Below, in pieces: positions 48,384 to 57,588 of a DNA stretch of 64,000 bases. The stretch is from Spirochaetales bacterium Spiro_02 (GTDB lineage: Bacteria; Spirochaetota; Spirochaetia; Sphaerochaetales; Sphaerochaetaceae), in the NCBI GenBank assembly GCA_001604275.1, contig LVBD01000038.1, forward strand, positions 17,793 to 81,792. The letters run 5' to 3'. Made by a program: the position numbers and the translations under genes. The notes below the pieces were generated by a model that saw nothing but the letters and a program-made list of their open reading frames with translations, was not told the DNA's origin and made no database searches. Positions within the stretch are counted from its first letter, which is position 1. Each line of letters opens with the position of its first letter.

Positions 48384-50123
48384 TCAGATATGAAGGAGCG
48401 ATTGGGCGGTGCGTAGCACTTTGTTCCGCTGGATTTTCCGGGTACTGGTCATGGCCATCGGCTTGTCCAGTATCGTAATCTTCGTGATCTTCTTGTATGC
48501 GACGAGTTTCTGGTTCACGTCATGGATCACCTGTTCGATTTCCTTGCGGACTTCGAGACCGTCGAGCGGCTTGCCCTTGAAATATTCCTCGCTCGGATAC
48601 ACCACCGCTTCTATTCCTTCCGCCTTCAGGTCCTTTTTCTCCAGATAGCCGCGGATAAGTATCTGCTCGAACTGAGGATACAGCTGGAACATGTCTTCGA
48701 TTTCCTCCGGATAGACGTTTTTTCCTCCCTCGGTCACGATCAGGTTCTTCGCCCTTCCTTTGAGATACAGGTAGTTTTCCTTATCCATCGAGCCGAGGTC
48801 TCCGGTCCGCAGATATCCGTCGTCGGTAAAGAGCGCGTTCGTATTCGCTTCGTCCTTGTAGTAACCCTTGCAGATATTCGGACCCTTGACCAATACCTCG
48901 CCGACACCGAACAGGTCCGGTTCGCCGATCTTCATGTCTACCAGCGGAAAACACATGCCGACCGATTTGATCTTGAATTTGCTGATCGGATTGAGCGTAA
49001 GGATCGGGCTGGTCTCTGTCAGTCCATATCCTTGGATGAAGTCAAGACCGAGCTGCTGGTACTGGTGGAATACTTTCGGTGACAGCGGACCGGCTCCGCA
49101 GATACAGATCCTGTTGTGATCCATTCCGAGTCCGGAGAGCAGGGCCTTGAACCATTTTCTGCCGGGATTGATGCGGAACGTCCGTTTGAGGATGCCGTTG
49201 ACCCACATCAGTGAGCGGATCAGCGCATAGGCGAGCCTGCCCCGTTCCTTGACCTTTTTCATGAGTCCTGCCAGCAGTTTGTTGTAAAGTAACGGAATCG
49301 CCATGAATATGGTTACCTGTCCCTTCTTCATGTCGTTGAGCATCTTGCTGACGATGATCCCCTGTCCGAAGACGCATTCGGCTCCGTGCTTGATAGCCTC
49401 GAGAAAGACCGCGGTACAGCAGTAGCTATGGTGCAAAGGAAGCAATGCATACAGCACGTCCTCATGCGTCACCTTGAGAAAGATTCCATCGCACGCCTGA
49501 TACACATCGCTGACGATGTTGGCATGGGTGAGCATCGCTCCTTTTTCATTGCCGGTAGTCCCGCTCGTGAACAGGATCGCGGCAAGGTCGTCGCATGACC
49601 TGCGGACCGGCTCGTGGGCGGTTTCCGGCCGTACGTCCATGATCGACGGACACCGTTTCGCAACGCCTTTGAGCGAGCATGCCCCCTTGAGCATCCCAAA
49701 CCAGGATTCCTCCTCGGGAATACGATCGACGACATCCGCATCTCCGAAGAAGAACGAAGCTTCGCAAAAACAACTCAGCGTCGTGACCCGTTCCGCAGGC
49801 ATCTGGTTGTCCAAGGGTACGACGACGCCTCCTGCGAACAGCACGGATAGATAGGCCAGCCCCCATTGCGGGGAATTCTTTCCGTTGATGATTACTCGAT
49901 CACCGGGATTCAGTCCGGATTCGATGAGATAGCCGCTGATGCGCAGCAGATGTTCATGCACCTGTCTGTATGAGAGCGTATTCCGATCCGGTTCGAACGT
50001 TGTAAAACAGTTTCTCTCCGGGAACTTGCTGAGGGCGATTTCAAACATTTCAGGAATCGTCGGCCATTGCCCGGCGAACAAAGCGCCTCTATATTCGTCA
50101 AGTTCTTCCCATGAGTGTTTCAT
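48384..50123 (-). CDS. AMP-dependent synthetase/ligase (long-chain-fatty-acid--CoA ligase type)
   Basis: AMP-binding motifs ILFTSGTTGNEKGAMLTH, GYGLTETS and TGDLG. Confidence 0.85.
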   Translation of the reverse strand: MKHSWEELDEYRGALFAGQWPTIPEMFEIALSKFPERNCFTTFEPDRNTLSYRQVHEHLLRISGYLIESGLNPGDRVIINGKNSPQWGLAYLSVLFAGGVVVPLDNQMPAERVTTLSCFCEASFFFGDADVVDRIPEEESWFGMLKGACSLKGVAKRCPSIMDVRPETAHEPVRRSCDDLAAILFTSGTTGNEKGAMLTHANIVSDVYQACDGIFLKVTHEDVLYALLPLHHSYCCTAVFLEAIKHGAECVFGQGIIVSKMLNDMKKGQVTIFMAIPLLYNKLLAGLMKKVKERGRLAYALIRSLMWVNGILKRTFRINPGRKWFKALLSGLGMDHNRICICGAGPLSPKVFHQYQQLGLDFIQGYGLTETSPILTLNPISKFKIKSVGMCFPLVDMKIGEPDLFGVGEVLVKGPNICKGYYKDEANTNALFTDDGYLRTGDLGSMDKENYLYLKGRAKNLIVTEGGKNVYPEEIEDMFQLYPQFEQILIRGYLEKKDLKAEGIEAVVYPSEEYFKGKPLDGLEVRKEIEQVIHDVNQKLVAYKKITKITILDKPMAMTSTRKIQRNKVLRTAQSLLHI

Positions 50124-50155
50124 CGGTTATCGAGTCCTTTTTGTCATCGTTTCCT

Positions 50156-50177
50156 ATATAGTACGTTATTACTATAT
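50156..50177. promoter_or_regulatory. Inverted repeat ATATAGTA-N6-TACTATAT
   Basis: The 8-bp arms are perfect. It lies 33 nt upstream of the acyl-CoA ligase start. Each arm also contains a TATAGT -10-like hexamer. Confidence 0.35.
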
Positions 50178-50287
50178 TCGATCGGCTTTCAGCCATGCTC
50201 TCATCTTTACAAAAGAGGGGGTAAATGTCAATATTAGATTAATTCAATAGTATATAATAAAATGACCAAATAGTACGATACTACTAT

Positions 50288-50301
50288 CTTGCAATTGCAA
50301 G
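50288..50301. promoter_or_regulatory. Perfect 14-bp palindrome CTTGCAATTGCAAG
   Basis: It is read directly from the sequence. It sits in the divergent acyl-CoA ligase / UDG intergenic region, preceded by TAGTA-CGA-TACTA (50271-50283). Confidence 0.35.
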
Positions 50302-50421
50302 CGGAAATTCCCATCGGCCGGTCCCGGTCGGTAGCTTTTTTCGGCCGGAAAGCGCAGTTTGCCCGTTTGCGGTCTTTCTGCTATGGTGGACATGGAGCCG
50401 GCTTGCGCCTGCCGTGGAGGA

Positions 50422-51177
50422 ATGGATATGGAACCTGAGTTTTCGATGAAGCTCGTATCCCGGACCGAAGAGTTCCGTGACGATATCGACAGGCTGTCGT
50501 TCACTTTCGACGGTATCGTCTACGATCCGCTGGATTACGCATGGGCACCGCATCGGCAGTATCTCGAGCGATATGTGCATCCTGGCGTGCCTGTCTTTTT
50601 TCTCGGCATGAATCCCGGTCCGTTCGGAATGGCACAAACCGGAGTTCCGTTCGGGGAAGTCGGTGCCGTGCGGTCCTGGATGGGTATCGACTGCGCAGTG
50701 GGGAAGCCTGCCGTCGAGCATCCAGGAAGACCCGTACTCGGTTTCGGCACGACAAGAAGCGAAATCAGCGGCAAGCGTCTGTGGACGTTGATGGCCGAGC
50801 GGTTCGGTACCGCTGAACGGTTCTTCTCCGGACATTGCGTCATGAACTACTGTCCGCTTGTATTTCTTGACGGTGGTACCCGAGCTCGGAACGTGACGCC
50901 GGACAAACTGCCGTTTTGTGAACGACGTGCGCTTGAGTCGGTCTGCGACCGGTATCTGTCCGACATCCTGCGGATGGTCGTCCCTAGATTCCTGATCGGG
51001 ATCGGAAAATATGCGCAGGCGAAACTCGAACATGTCGCATCGGCGCTGAGAGCGGAGGGATATGGACCGTATTTCGTCGGTTCGGTGATCCATCCTAGCC
51101 CCGGCAATCCTCAGGCGAACGCCGGCTGGGCGGAAAAGACCGTGTCCAGAATGAAGGAACTCGGCGCCTGGCAGTAG
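50422..51177 (+). CDS. SMUG1-like (family 3) uracil-DNA glycosylase
   Basis: FFLGMNPGPFGMAQTGVPFGEVGAVRSWMGI is nearly identical to the SMUG1 active-site motif as I recall it. HPSPGNP lies near the C-terminus. The start is uncertain (ATGs at 50422, 50428 and 50446). Confidence 0.82.
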   Translation: MDMEPEFSMKLVSRTEEFRDDIDRLSFTFDGIVYDPLDYAWAPHRQYLERYVHPGVPVFFLGMNPGPFGMAQTGVPFGEVGAVRSWMGIDCAVGKPAVEHPGRPVLGFGTTRSEISGKRLWTLMAERFGTAERFFSGHCVMNYCPLVFLDGGTRARNVTPDKLPFCERRALESVCDRYLSDILRMVVPRFLIGIGKYAQAKLEHVASALRAEGYGPYFVGSVIHPSPGNPQANAGWAEKTVSRMKELGAWQ

Positions 51178-51350
51178 GTACGTGTGGGAGTGCGGTGGAT
51201 TGTCCATCAGGTTTTGCCCTGTCAGAGGCGTTCTGAAGCGTAGGAAGCTTCCGTCAAGTGCGAAAAAATGACGCAATAATGGGAAAATCCTCAATCTTGT
51301 CGGTTTTTTGTATCGACACCTTCGAAAAGCTTTGCTATTCTTCGTTACAT

Positions 51351-52253
51351 ATGCTGCCAAGCTCAACGACCCGAGAGGCATACGCGAAAATCAATTTGCA
51401 TCTGGCGGTTTGCGCCAAGCGCGAGGATGGATATCATGATCTGTCCACGTTGTTCCAGTTGATTTCGCTCCATGATACGATCGATGTAGCTATCAGACCT
51501 TCCACAGGTTTTTCCTGTGCAGTGGAGGGGCTGGATGGATGTTGTCTTCGGGGCGAGGATTCCATGAGCAGGGCTGCGAGGCTGTGGTGCGGTCTCGCCG
51601 GAGTGTCCGCGGCGGTGTCCATCCGTTGTCGGAAGCGGATTCCTGTGCAGGCGGGGCTCGGCGGAGGGTCTTCGGATGCGGCCGCGGTGCTATGCGCATT
51701 GCAGTCGTTGTTCCCTGACCGCGCCCTCGATGTGGACAGCCTGATGGATGTCGGCCTGGCGGTGGGAAGCGATGTCCCGTTCTTCCTGTTCGAGCGGACG
51801 GCCGCATGGGCTCGCGGACGCGGGGAGTTCCTGGAGCCTGTGGAGACTCCCTCCGGTTATCATGTGCTGGTCCTGATGCCAAGAACGTTCGGCGTTTCAA
51901 CAGCCCAAGCGTTCGCGGCGCTTGACTCGGCGCCCGGGCGGCACAGCGAAAGCTGGACGGCTTCCGAGGTCGGCAAGCTGTTTGCCGAGGACTGTTCGTC
52001 GTGGCCGTTCTATAACGATTTCGCCCGCGTCGTCGGACATGATGAACTGTATGCCGTGCTCCAGGCGGCCTGCGACGGCAAGCGGGATGTGTTCGGATCA
52101 CTGACAGGCAGTGGATCGGCCTGGTATGCGGTAAGTCGTGACGAAGCGGCTCTGGATTCCATACGAAGCGCCGCCGTCGCTGAGTTTGGGGATGACATCA
52201 GCGCTTTCCGTGCAAAAATGTTGTGCGATCATCGTTGCGATGATACACTATAA
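51351..52253 (+). CDS. ispE: 4-diphosphocytidyl-2-C-methyl-D-erythritol kinase
   Basis: AYAKINLHLAV and the GHMP motif IPVQAGLGGGSSDAAAV. The ORF is trimmed to the ATG at 51351. Confidence 0.9.
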   Translation: MLPSSTTREAYAKINLHLAVCAKREDGYHDLSTLFQLISLHDTIDVAIRPSTGFSCAVEGLDGCCLRGEDSMSRAARLWCGLAGVSAAVSIRCRKRIPVQAGLGGGSSDAAAVLCALQSLFPDRALDVDSLMDVGLAVGSDVPFFLFERTAAWARGRGEFLEPVETPSGYHVLVLMPRTFGVSTAQAFAALDSAPGRHSESWTASEVGKLFAEDCSSWPFYNDFARVVGHDELYAVLQAACDGKRDVFGSLTGSGSAWYAVSRDEAALDSIRSAAVAEFGDDISAFRAKMLCDHRCDDTL

Positions 52254-52320
52254 CGGCTATGAGCGATAAATCTGTTCGTGGCCGAAGCGAAGTATGTCTC
52301 TGGATTGTGTAGGGGGAATG

Positions 52321-52599
52321 ATGGAGATCACGGATATTAGGGTGAGAAAAGTTCAGGATGAGGGAAAACTGAAAGCGTACATCACTGTAACTTTCGACAA
52401 GGAATTCGTAGTTCATAACATCAAGATCATCGATGGTCACAACGGCGCGTTCATAGCGATGCCCAGCCGCCTGACGAAAAGCGGCGAATACAAGGATGTT
52501 GCCCATCCGATCAATTGTGAGTTCCGCGAGAAACTGCAGACGGCGATCATGGAGGCGTACGAGAGCACTCCTGATCATTTTGATGTGGATGAGGACTAA
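52321..52599 (+). CDS. spoVG: Septation protein SpoVG
   Basis: [50 protein letters not shown]. Confidence 0.92.
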   Translation: MEITDIRVRKVQDEGKLKAYITVTFDKEFVVHNIKIIDGHNGAFIAMPSRLTKSGEYKDVAHPINCEFREKLQTAIMEAYESTPDHFDVDED

Positions 52600-52677
52600 A
52601 CCGTTTTACTCCCATGGCTTCCCGTTTGTAACGTCAAAAAACAGTCGATAGGCGCCGGATATCGGCACGGGGCTCTC

Positions 52678-52706
52678 TTGTGCAAGAATACGGTTTCGTG
52701 TAAAAT
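52678..52706 (+). promoter_or_regulatory. Promoter candidate for tRNA-Gln
   Basis: TTGTGC, N17, TAAAAT, ending 20 nt before the tRNA 5' end. Confidence 0.45.
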
Positions 52707-52726
52707 ACCGCAGCGTGTATTCGTGT

Positions 52727-52799
52727 AGGGAAGTCGCCAAGCGGTTAAGGCTCCGGTTTTTGGTGTCGGCATGCGTAGGTTCGAATCCTACCTTCCCTG
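52727..52799 (+). tRNA. tRNA-Gln (anticodon UUG), no encoded CCA
   Basis: Hand-folded. Acceptor AGGGAAG/CTTCCCT, anticodon arm CCGGT-TTTTGGT-GTCGG, T-arm GTAGG-TTCGAAT-CCTAC. The D-arm is near-identical to E. coli tRNA-Gln. Confidence 0.85.
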
Positions 52800-52833
52800 T
52801 ATGGGGTGTCATGAACGCTCCGAGCCTATGGTA

Positions 52834-52869
52834 ATTGGTGGCCGCCGTTTTCGGCGCGGCCGTACCAAT
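52834..52869 (+). other. Imperfect long hairpin between tRNA-Gln and ctc
   Basis: ATTGGTGGCCGCC...GGCGCGGCCGTACCAAT. No T-tract follows. It could be a processing site or a leader structure. Confidence 0.3.
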
Positions 52870-52891
52870 GAGAGTATGAGGAGACGATACG

Positions 52892-53542
52892 ATGAGTGAA
52901 AAGAGTCAGAAGAAGCAGCTTTCCGCACAGTTGCGGACCGAGGATTTCGGTTCCGCCGGATCCCGCCGGGTCATTCGTAGCGGCAGGATTCCCGCGGTCA
53001 TCTACGGAAAGAGCGCCCCAGTCCATATCACCCTTGATGCGAAGGAATTCGGCAACAAGGTGCGTCATTTCTCTGAAACGACCTTGCTGACGATCACCGC
53101 CGGCAAGAAGGAATTCGACTGTCTGATGAAAGACTATCAGGAGGATTTGCTCAAGGGTGTCTTCCGTCATGTCGATTTCTTCGAGGTCACCCGTGGACAG
53201 ACGTTGCGCACACGCGTGGGTATCGTTTTGGAAGGCACTCCAGTGGGAGTCCGTGAGGGCGGTGTCATGGAGCAGATCCTCCATGAAATCGAAATCGAAT
53301 GTCTGCCCAAGGATTTGCCCGAGGTTCTGTCCGCCGATGTGACTGGTCTTGGTCTGAACGAAAGCATGCAGGTCAGCGCTCTGGTCGTCCCCGCCGGCGT
53401 CAAGCTGCTGATCGATCCGGAATCTACGGTCGTCACCGTCAAGAGCATCAAGGAAGAGGTTCCCGCCGCAGAGACTGATGCCGCAGCCGAGGCGGAAGTG
53501 ACCACCGGTGCCGCGGCAGCGGATGCCAAGGCCGTGGAATAA
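52892..53542 (+). CDS. rplY: 50S ribosomal protein L25 / general stress protein Ctc
   Basis: ...GSRRVIRSGRIPAVIYGK... plus a C-terminal Ala/Glu-rich tail typical of the Ctc form. Confidence 0.9.
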   Translation: MSEKSQKKQLSAQLRTEDFGSAGSRRVIRSGRIPAVIYGKSAPVHITLDAKEFGNKVRHFSETTLLTITAGKKEFDCLMKDYQEDLLKGVFRHVDFFEVTRGQTLRTRVGIVLEGTPVGVREGGVMEQILHEIEIECLPKDLPEVLSADVTGLGLNESMQVSALVVPAGVKLLIDPESTVVTVKSIKEEVPAAETDAAAEAEVTTGAAAADAKAVE

Positions 53543-53559
53543 GGGCAAGGAGGCCGCTT

Positions 53560-54132
53560 CTGTATCTGGTATTCGGGTTGGGAAACCCTGGGGCCAAGTA
53601 CGAGCGCTCCCGTCACAACGTCGGTTTCGATGTCATTGCTGGGACAGCAGCGTTTTTTCAGGTCGTTCTGAAGAAACGCTGTTTTCGTTTGTATCGGGAA
53701 GCGATCGGAACGGCGGGCGGCGGGCCGTTCCGTCTGATCCAGCCCCTGACATATATGAACAATTCGGGAGAAATCGCTCGGTTTTTCGTCGATGTGCCGG
53801 TACACGATCGCATCGTCGTCTGCGATAATCTTGATCTTCCGGCTGGGCAGATCCGGATCAGGCGGGGCGGTTCTTCGGCTGGGCATAATGGGCTGAAGTC
53901 GGTCATCGATCGTTGGGGATCTTCCGATTTCCTTCGCATCTATGTCGGAATCGGTCGGCCTTCCGCCGGCCGTACCGTCGTCGAGCACGTTCTCGGACGC
54001 CCTGAGGATGAACCCGAACGGGAGGCTCTGGAGGCGGGGATCGTGCGTGCCACCGATGCGTTGATTGCTTTGCTCGACGGAATGACTTTGCAGGAGGCGA
54101 TGGTTGCGTTCAATCGAAAGACTCGTCAATGA
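53560..54132 (+). CDS. pth: Peptidyl-tRNA hydrolase (probable CTG start)
   Basis: The track ORF starts at the TTG at 53578, but that codon encodes the Leu of the conserved GLGNPG motif. The in-frame upstream codons read L-Y-L-V-F-G. AAGGAGG (53547-53553) lies 6 nt before the CTG at 53560. Confidence 0.85.
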   Translation: MYLVFGLGNPGAKYERSRHNVGFDVIAGTAAFFQVVLKKRCFRLYREAIGTAGGGPFRLIQPLTYMNNSGEIARFFVDVPVHDRIVVCDNLDLPAGQIRIRRGGSSAGHNGLKSVIDRWGSSDFLRIYVGIGRPSAGRTVVEHVLGRPEDEPEREALEAGIVRATDALIALLDGMTLQEAMVAFNRKTRQ

Positions 54133-55531
54133 CGAACTCTCACGTTTTTTCCTTGAGCATTCCATCGATCCCGTACAAGGGATCTTGGTCGCATTTTCCG
54201 GAGGGAGCGACTCCCTCGGATTGCTGTACGGGCTTTCGAAGCTCGTTCCAGAAGGACGGCTCCATGCGGCGTATGTGAACCATCGCATGCGGCCCGATAG
54301 CGAACTGGTGCGGGAGATCGCCCGAAACCGCGAGAATTGCGAACGCCTGGGCGTTCCGCTCGACGTTCTCGATCTCGGGCGGGACCGCGTCGCTCGAGCG
54401 GCCTTGGATCGGAAGCTCGGGAGCGAGGAGGCCGCCAGAACGTTGCGCTACGATGCCCTTCGTTCGCTGAGGCGTTCGATCGGATACCGATATATCGCCA
54501 CGGCGCATACAAGCGACGACCAGCTGGAAACATTGTTGATGCGGCTGCTCCAGGGGGGAGATCCTGCTTCGATGCGAGGTGTTTCGGAACAGAATGGGTG
54601 CGTGATTCGTCCTGTCCTTGCCCTTGACAGGAACTCCCTCAGGGCGTTGCTTGTTTCGGTCGGATTCTCATGGGTCGAGGATTCTACCAACGAAGACGAC
54701 CGCTATTTGCGCAACAGGATCCGCCATCGCCTCGTCCCCGCTGTCCTGGAAGTGTTTCCTTCCGCGAAGGCATCCGCGTACGTCTTCGCGAAGAAGAGCG
54801 CCGAGTTGGCGCGATTTGTCGACGATGCATCGTCGGCGGTGGCGCAGCATGTCTCCAGGATGGGTGCTGGCGTCGTAAAGGCGCAGATCGAACCGATCGC
54901 TTCTCTGCCCGAGTATCTGATGCTCGGCGCCGTATATCGCATGTGGAACTTGCTGCAAGGTGATCCGAGTCCTACGTTGAGCTATGGGATGGCCAGGCGT
55001 GTGCTTGCGCTGTTTCGCGATGAAAATGGGCGGGTCGTCCGTGCGTGCCGCACCACCGCAAAGCGGCAGGGCGATCTGATCGTATGGCGCAAGGATGTGC
55101 GGATGGACGATGAGGCGTTCGCGGTTTCCGTGGGACTGAGCGAAAACGATCGGGGAGTGAGGCTTGTGGGGGGGTATTCGTTGGAACGCAGTGTTCCAGA
55201 AACGTTGCAGTCGATTCCCGAAGGAGAGCTGTATGTGCCGGAAGGCCTGCTTGTTCCTCCGCTTCTGGTCCGTTCCTGGCATGAAGGGGACCGGATAACG
55301 CTTTCTGGTGGCGAAGTTTCCGTTTCCAAACTGGTCGGACAGTGGAAGCTTCCCGCATCCGAAGCGAAGCTGATTCCCGTTCTCGAAGACCGGTCGGGAA
55401 TCGTGGCCGTGCTGGGAAAAAGGTGGGGAGGGAAGGATCGTCTCGCCGCTCGATTTCGAGTCGGTCCACTTGCCCCGATCCGATTATCCCATTATAGTAT
55501 TGTGAAAAGGAAAGAATGCAGTGAACAATGA
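54104..55531 (+). CDS. tilS: tRNA(Ile)-lysidine synthase
   Basis: PP-loop LVAFSGGSDSLGLL. TTG start overlapping the pth 3' end. Confidence 0.85.
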   Translation: MRSIERLVNDELSRFFLEHSIDPVQGILVAFSGGSDSLGLLYGLSKLVPEGRLHAAYVNHRMRPDSELVREIARNRENCERLGVPLDVLDLGRDRVARAALDRKLGSEEAARTLRYDALRSLRRSIGYRYIATAHTSDDQLETLLMRLLQGGDPASMRGVSEQNGCVIRPVLALDRNSLRALLVSVGFSWVEDSTNEDDRYLRNRIRHRLVPAVLEVFPSAKASAYVFAKKSAELARFVDDASSAVAQHVSRMGAGVVKAQIEPIASLPEYLMLGAVYRMWNLLQGDPSPTLSYGMARRVLALFRDENGRVVRACRTTAKRQGDLIVWRKDVRMDDEAFAVSVGLSENDRGVRLVGGYSLERSVPETLQSIPEGELYVPEGLLVPPLLVRSWHEGDRITLSGGEVSVSKLVGQWKLPASEAKLIPVLEDRSGIVAVLGKRWGGKDRLAARFRVGPLAPIRLSHYSIVKRKECSEQ

Positions 55532-57569
55532 TGAACGATTCGATCCTCAACGTCCGAAGGACGAGCAGGATACGAAGCATACCGAGGGGCGGAGTTCTTC
55601 CGACAAGTCCGGTCCGGACAATAGATTCTTTAGCCGGGACGAGAAAAGCAACCATGATTCGAACGATGATTCCTCCGATAAGAAGAACTATTGGAAAGGC
55701 GGCGAGAGTAGCGGGCCATTCCGTTCGAAAGGCCCTCAGCGGAATGGCGGCCCCTTCCAGCCTGGCAAGAACCGGGTCGCGCTGATCGTATTCGTCGTCC
55801 TGTTGTCAACGTTCGTGATCATGCTGCTGGGCGATCCTCGGAGTGCTTTGCAGGAAGTCCCTTATACGAACTTCCTGAAATACGTGGAGAACGGGCAGGT
55901 TATCTCGGTCGAGATACAGGAGAACTCGCTGATCAAGTTCACCTTGGTCAATTCGATGAGTGCGAAGACGCGCATTCCGTATTTCGATGATACATTGCTT
56001 GATACGTTGCGAAAGAACAATGTGTCGGTCACCGGGACGGTGCAGGATATTTCGTTGCTGCAGGTGTTGTTGCAACTGTTGCCATGGGCGATCTTCCTCG
56101 GCTTCTCGATCATGCTTTGGCGACAGGCCAGCGGTGCGAATGGTAAAATGATGTCCTCGTTAGGCAAAAGCCATGCGAAGGAATATATGGACAGCGACGT
56201 AAAGATAACGTTCGCCGACGTCGCCGGTCAGAAAGAGGCGAAGTACGAACTGCAGGAAGTGGTGGAGTTCCTCAAGCATCCGGCCAAGTTCCAGCAGATC
56301 GGCGCTAGGATCCCGAAGGGGGTCCTGCTCGTTGGGCCTCCGGGAACCGGTAAGACGCTCCTTGCGAAGGCTGTCGCAGGGGAGGCCGGCGTTTCATTCT
56401 TCCATACCAGTGGTTCCGATTTCGTCGAGATGTTCGTAGGCATGGGTGCCGCCCGTGTCAGGGATTTGTTCGAGCAAGGGCGGAAGAACGCTCCGTGCAT
56501 TCTGTTCATCGACGAATTGGATGCAGTTGGCCGTACCCGCGGAAGCGGGCTCGGCGGAGGACATGACGAACGCGAGCAGACGCTGAACCAGATGCTTGTC
56601 GAAATGGATGGATTCGATACGGCCAGCGGAGTCATCGTCATCGCCGCGACCAACCGGCCCGATGTCCTTGATCCTGCGTTGCTCCGCCCCGGACGCTTCG
56701 ACCGTCAGGTGGTCGTCGATCTGCCGGATATCCAGGAGCGGGAGGAGATACTCAAGATCCACTGCAGGAAAGTTCGTCTGGAGTCGGACGTGGATCTGCA
56801 TCGGATCGCCCGTGCGACCCCTGGTACCAGCGGAGCCGATCTCGCGAATCTCGTCAATGAGGCGGCTCTGTTCGCGGCGAGGAACGGCAAGGAAACCGTT
56901 TCCATGGCGGATGTCGAGCAGGCGCGGGACAAGATCCTGCTGGGCGTCGCGAGGGAAAGCCGTTTCATGACCGAAGATGAAAAGCGCGCCACTGCCTACC
57001 ATGAGGCCGGCCATACGTTGCTGCATTATTATCTGAAGCATCTCGATCCGTTGCACAAGGTGACGATCATCCCCCATGGTCGCGCCCTCGGGCTGACGAT
57101 CAGCCTGCCGGAGAAGGACGCCTATACGAAGAACCGCAGCATGCTGATGGATTGGATCAAGGTCTGCATGGGAGGCTATGTCGCTGAGGATCTTGTCTAC
57201 GGAGAAACGACGACGGGAACGAGCAACGATATCAAGCAGGCTACCGATGTCGCCCGGAGGATGGTCACCGAGTGGGGCATGAGCGATCTTGGATTCGTCT
57301 CCTACGGCAAGGAGGACGAGCCGTTGTTCCTCGGGCGTGAGATCGCGCAGCACAAGGATTATTCCGAAGAAACGGCGAAGAAGATCGACTCCGAGATTTC
57401 CCGTATTCTGTCGGAAGCGATGTCCGAGACCCGTTCGATCCTATCCGAACATCGTGACCAGCTTGACAAGATCACCGAGGCGCTGGTGGAGCACGAGACG
57501 CTCGACGATCAGCAGATCCGGGAATTGCTCGGATTCGAAGCGGCCGAAAGCGTCACGAACCTGACATAA
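55521..57569 (+). CDS. ftsH: ATP-dependent zinc metalloprotease FtsH (long disordered N-terminal extension)
   Basis: Walker A GPPGTGKT, the SRH region, and the zinc motif HEAGH. GTG start. About 90 aa of charged low-complexity sequence precede TM1. Confidence 0.95.
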   Translation: MNNDERFDPQRPKDEQDTKHTEGRSSSDKSGPDNRFFSRDEKSNHDSNDDSSDKKNYWKGGESSGPFRSKGPQRNGGPFQPGKNRVALIVFVVLLSTFVIMLLGDPRSALQEVPYTNFLKYVENGQVISVEIQENSLIKFTLVNSMSAKTRIPYFDDTLLDTLRKNNVSVTGTVQDISLLQVLLQLLPWAIFLGFSIMLWRQASGANGKMMSSLGKSHAKEYMDSDVKITFADVAGQKEAKYELQEVVEFLKHPAKFQQIGARIPKGVLLVGPPGTGKTLLAKAVAGEAGVSFFHTSGSDFVEMFVGMGAARVRDLFEQGRKNAPCILFIDELDAVGRTRGSGLGGGHDEREQTLNQMLVEMDGFDTASGVIVIAATNRPDVLDPALLRPGRFDRQVVVDLPDIQEREEILKIHCRKVRLESDVDLHRIARATPGTSGADLANLVNEAALFAARNGKETVSMADVEQARDKILLGVARESRFMTEDEKRATAYHEAGHTLLHYYLKHLDPLHKVTIIPHGRALGLTISLPEKDAYTKNRSMLMDWIKVCMGGYVAEDLVYGETTTGTSNDIKQATDVARRMVTEWGMSDLGFVSYGKEDEPLFLGREIAQHKDYSEETAKKIDSEISRILSEAMSETRSILSEHRDQLDKITEALVEHETLDDQQIRELLGFEAAESVTNLT

Positions 57570-57588
57570 CGTATACAGCGGGAGAACT

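Noticed and set aside
52727-52799. tRNA-Gln as a possible integration hotspot or genomic-island boundary.
   Set aside because: There is no integrase, no direct repeat of the tRNA 3' end, and no compositional break. The flanking spoVG and ctc-pth genes form a conserved housekeeping context.
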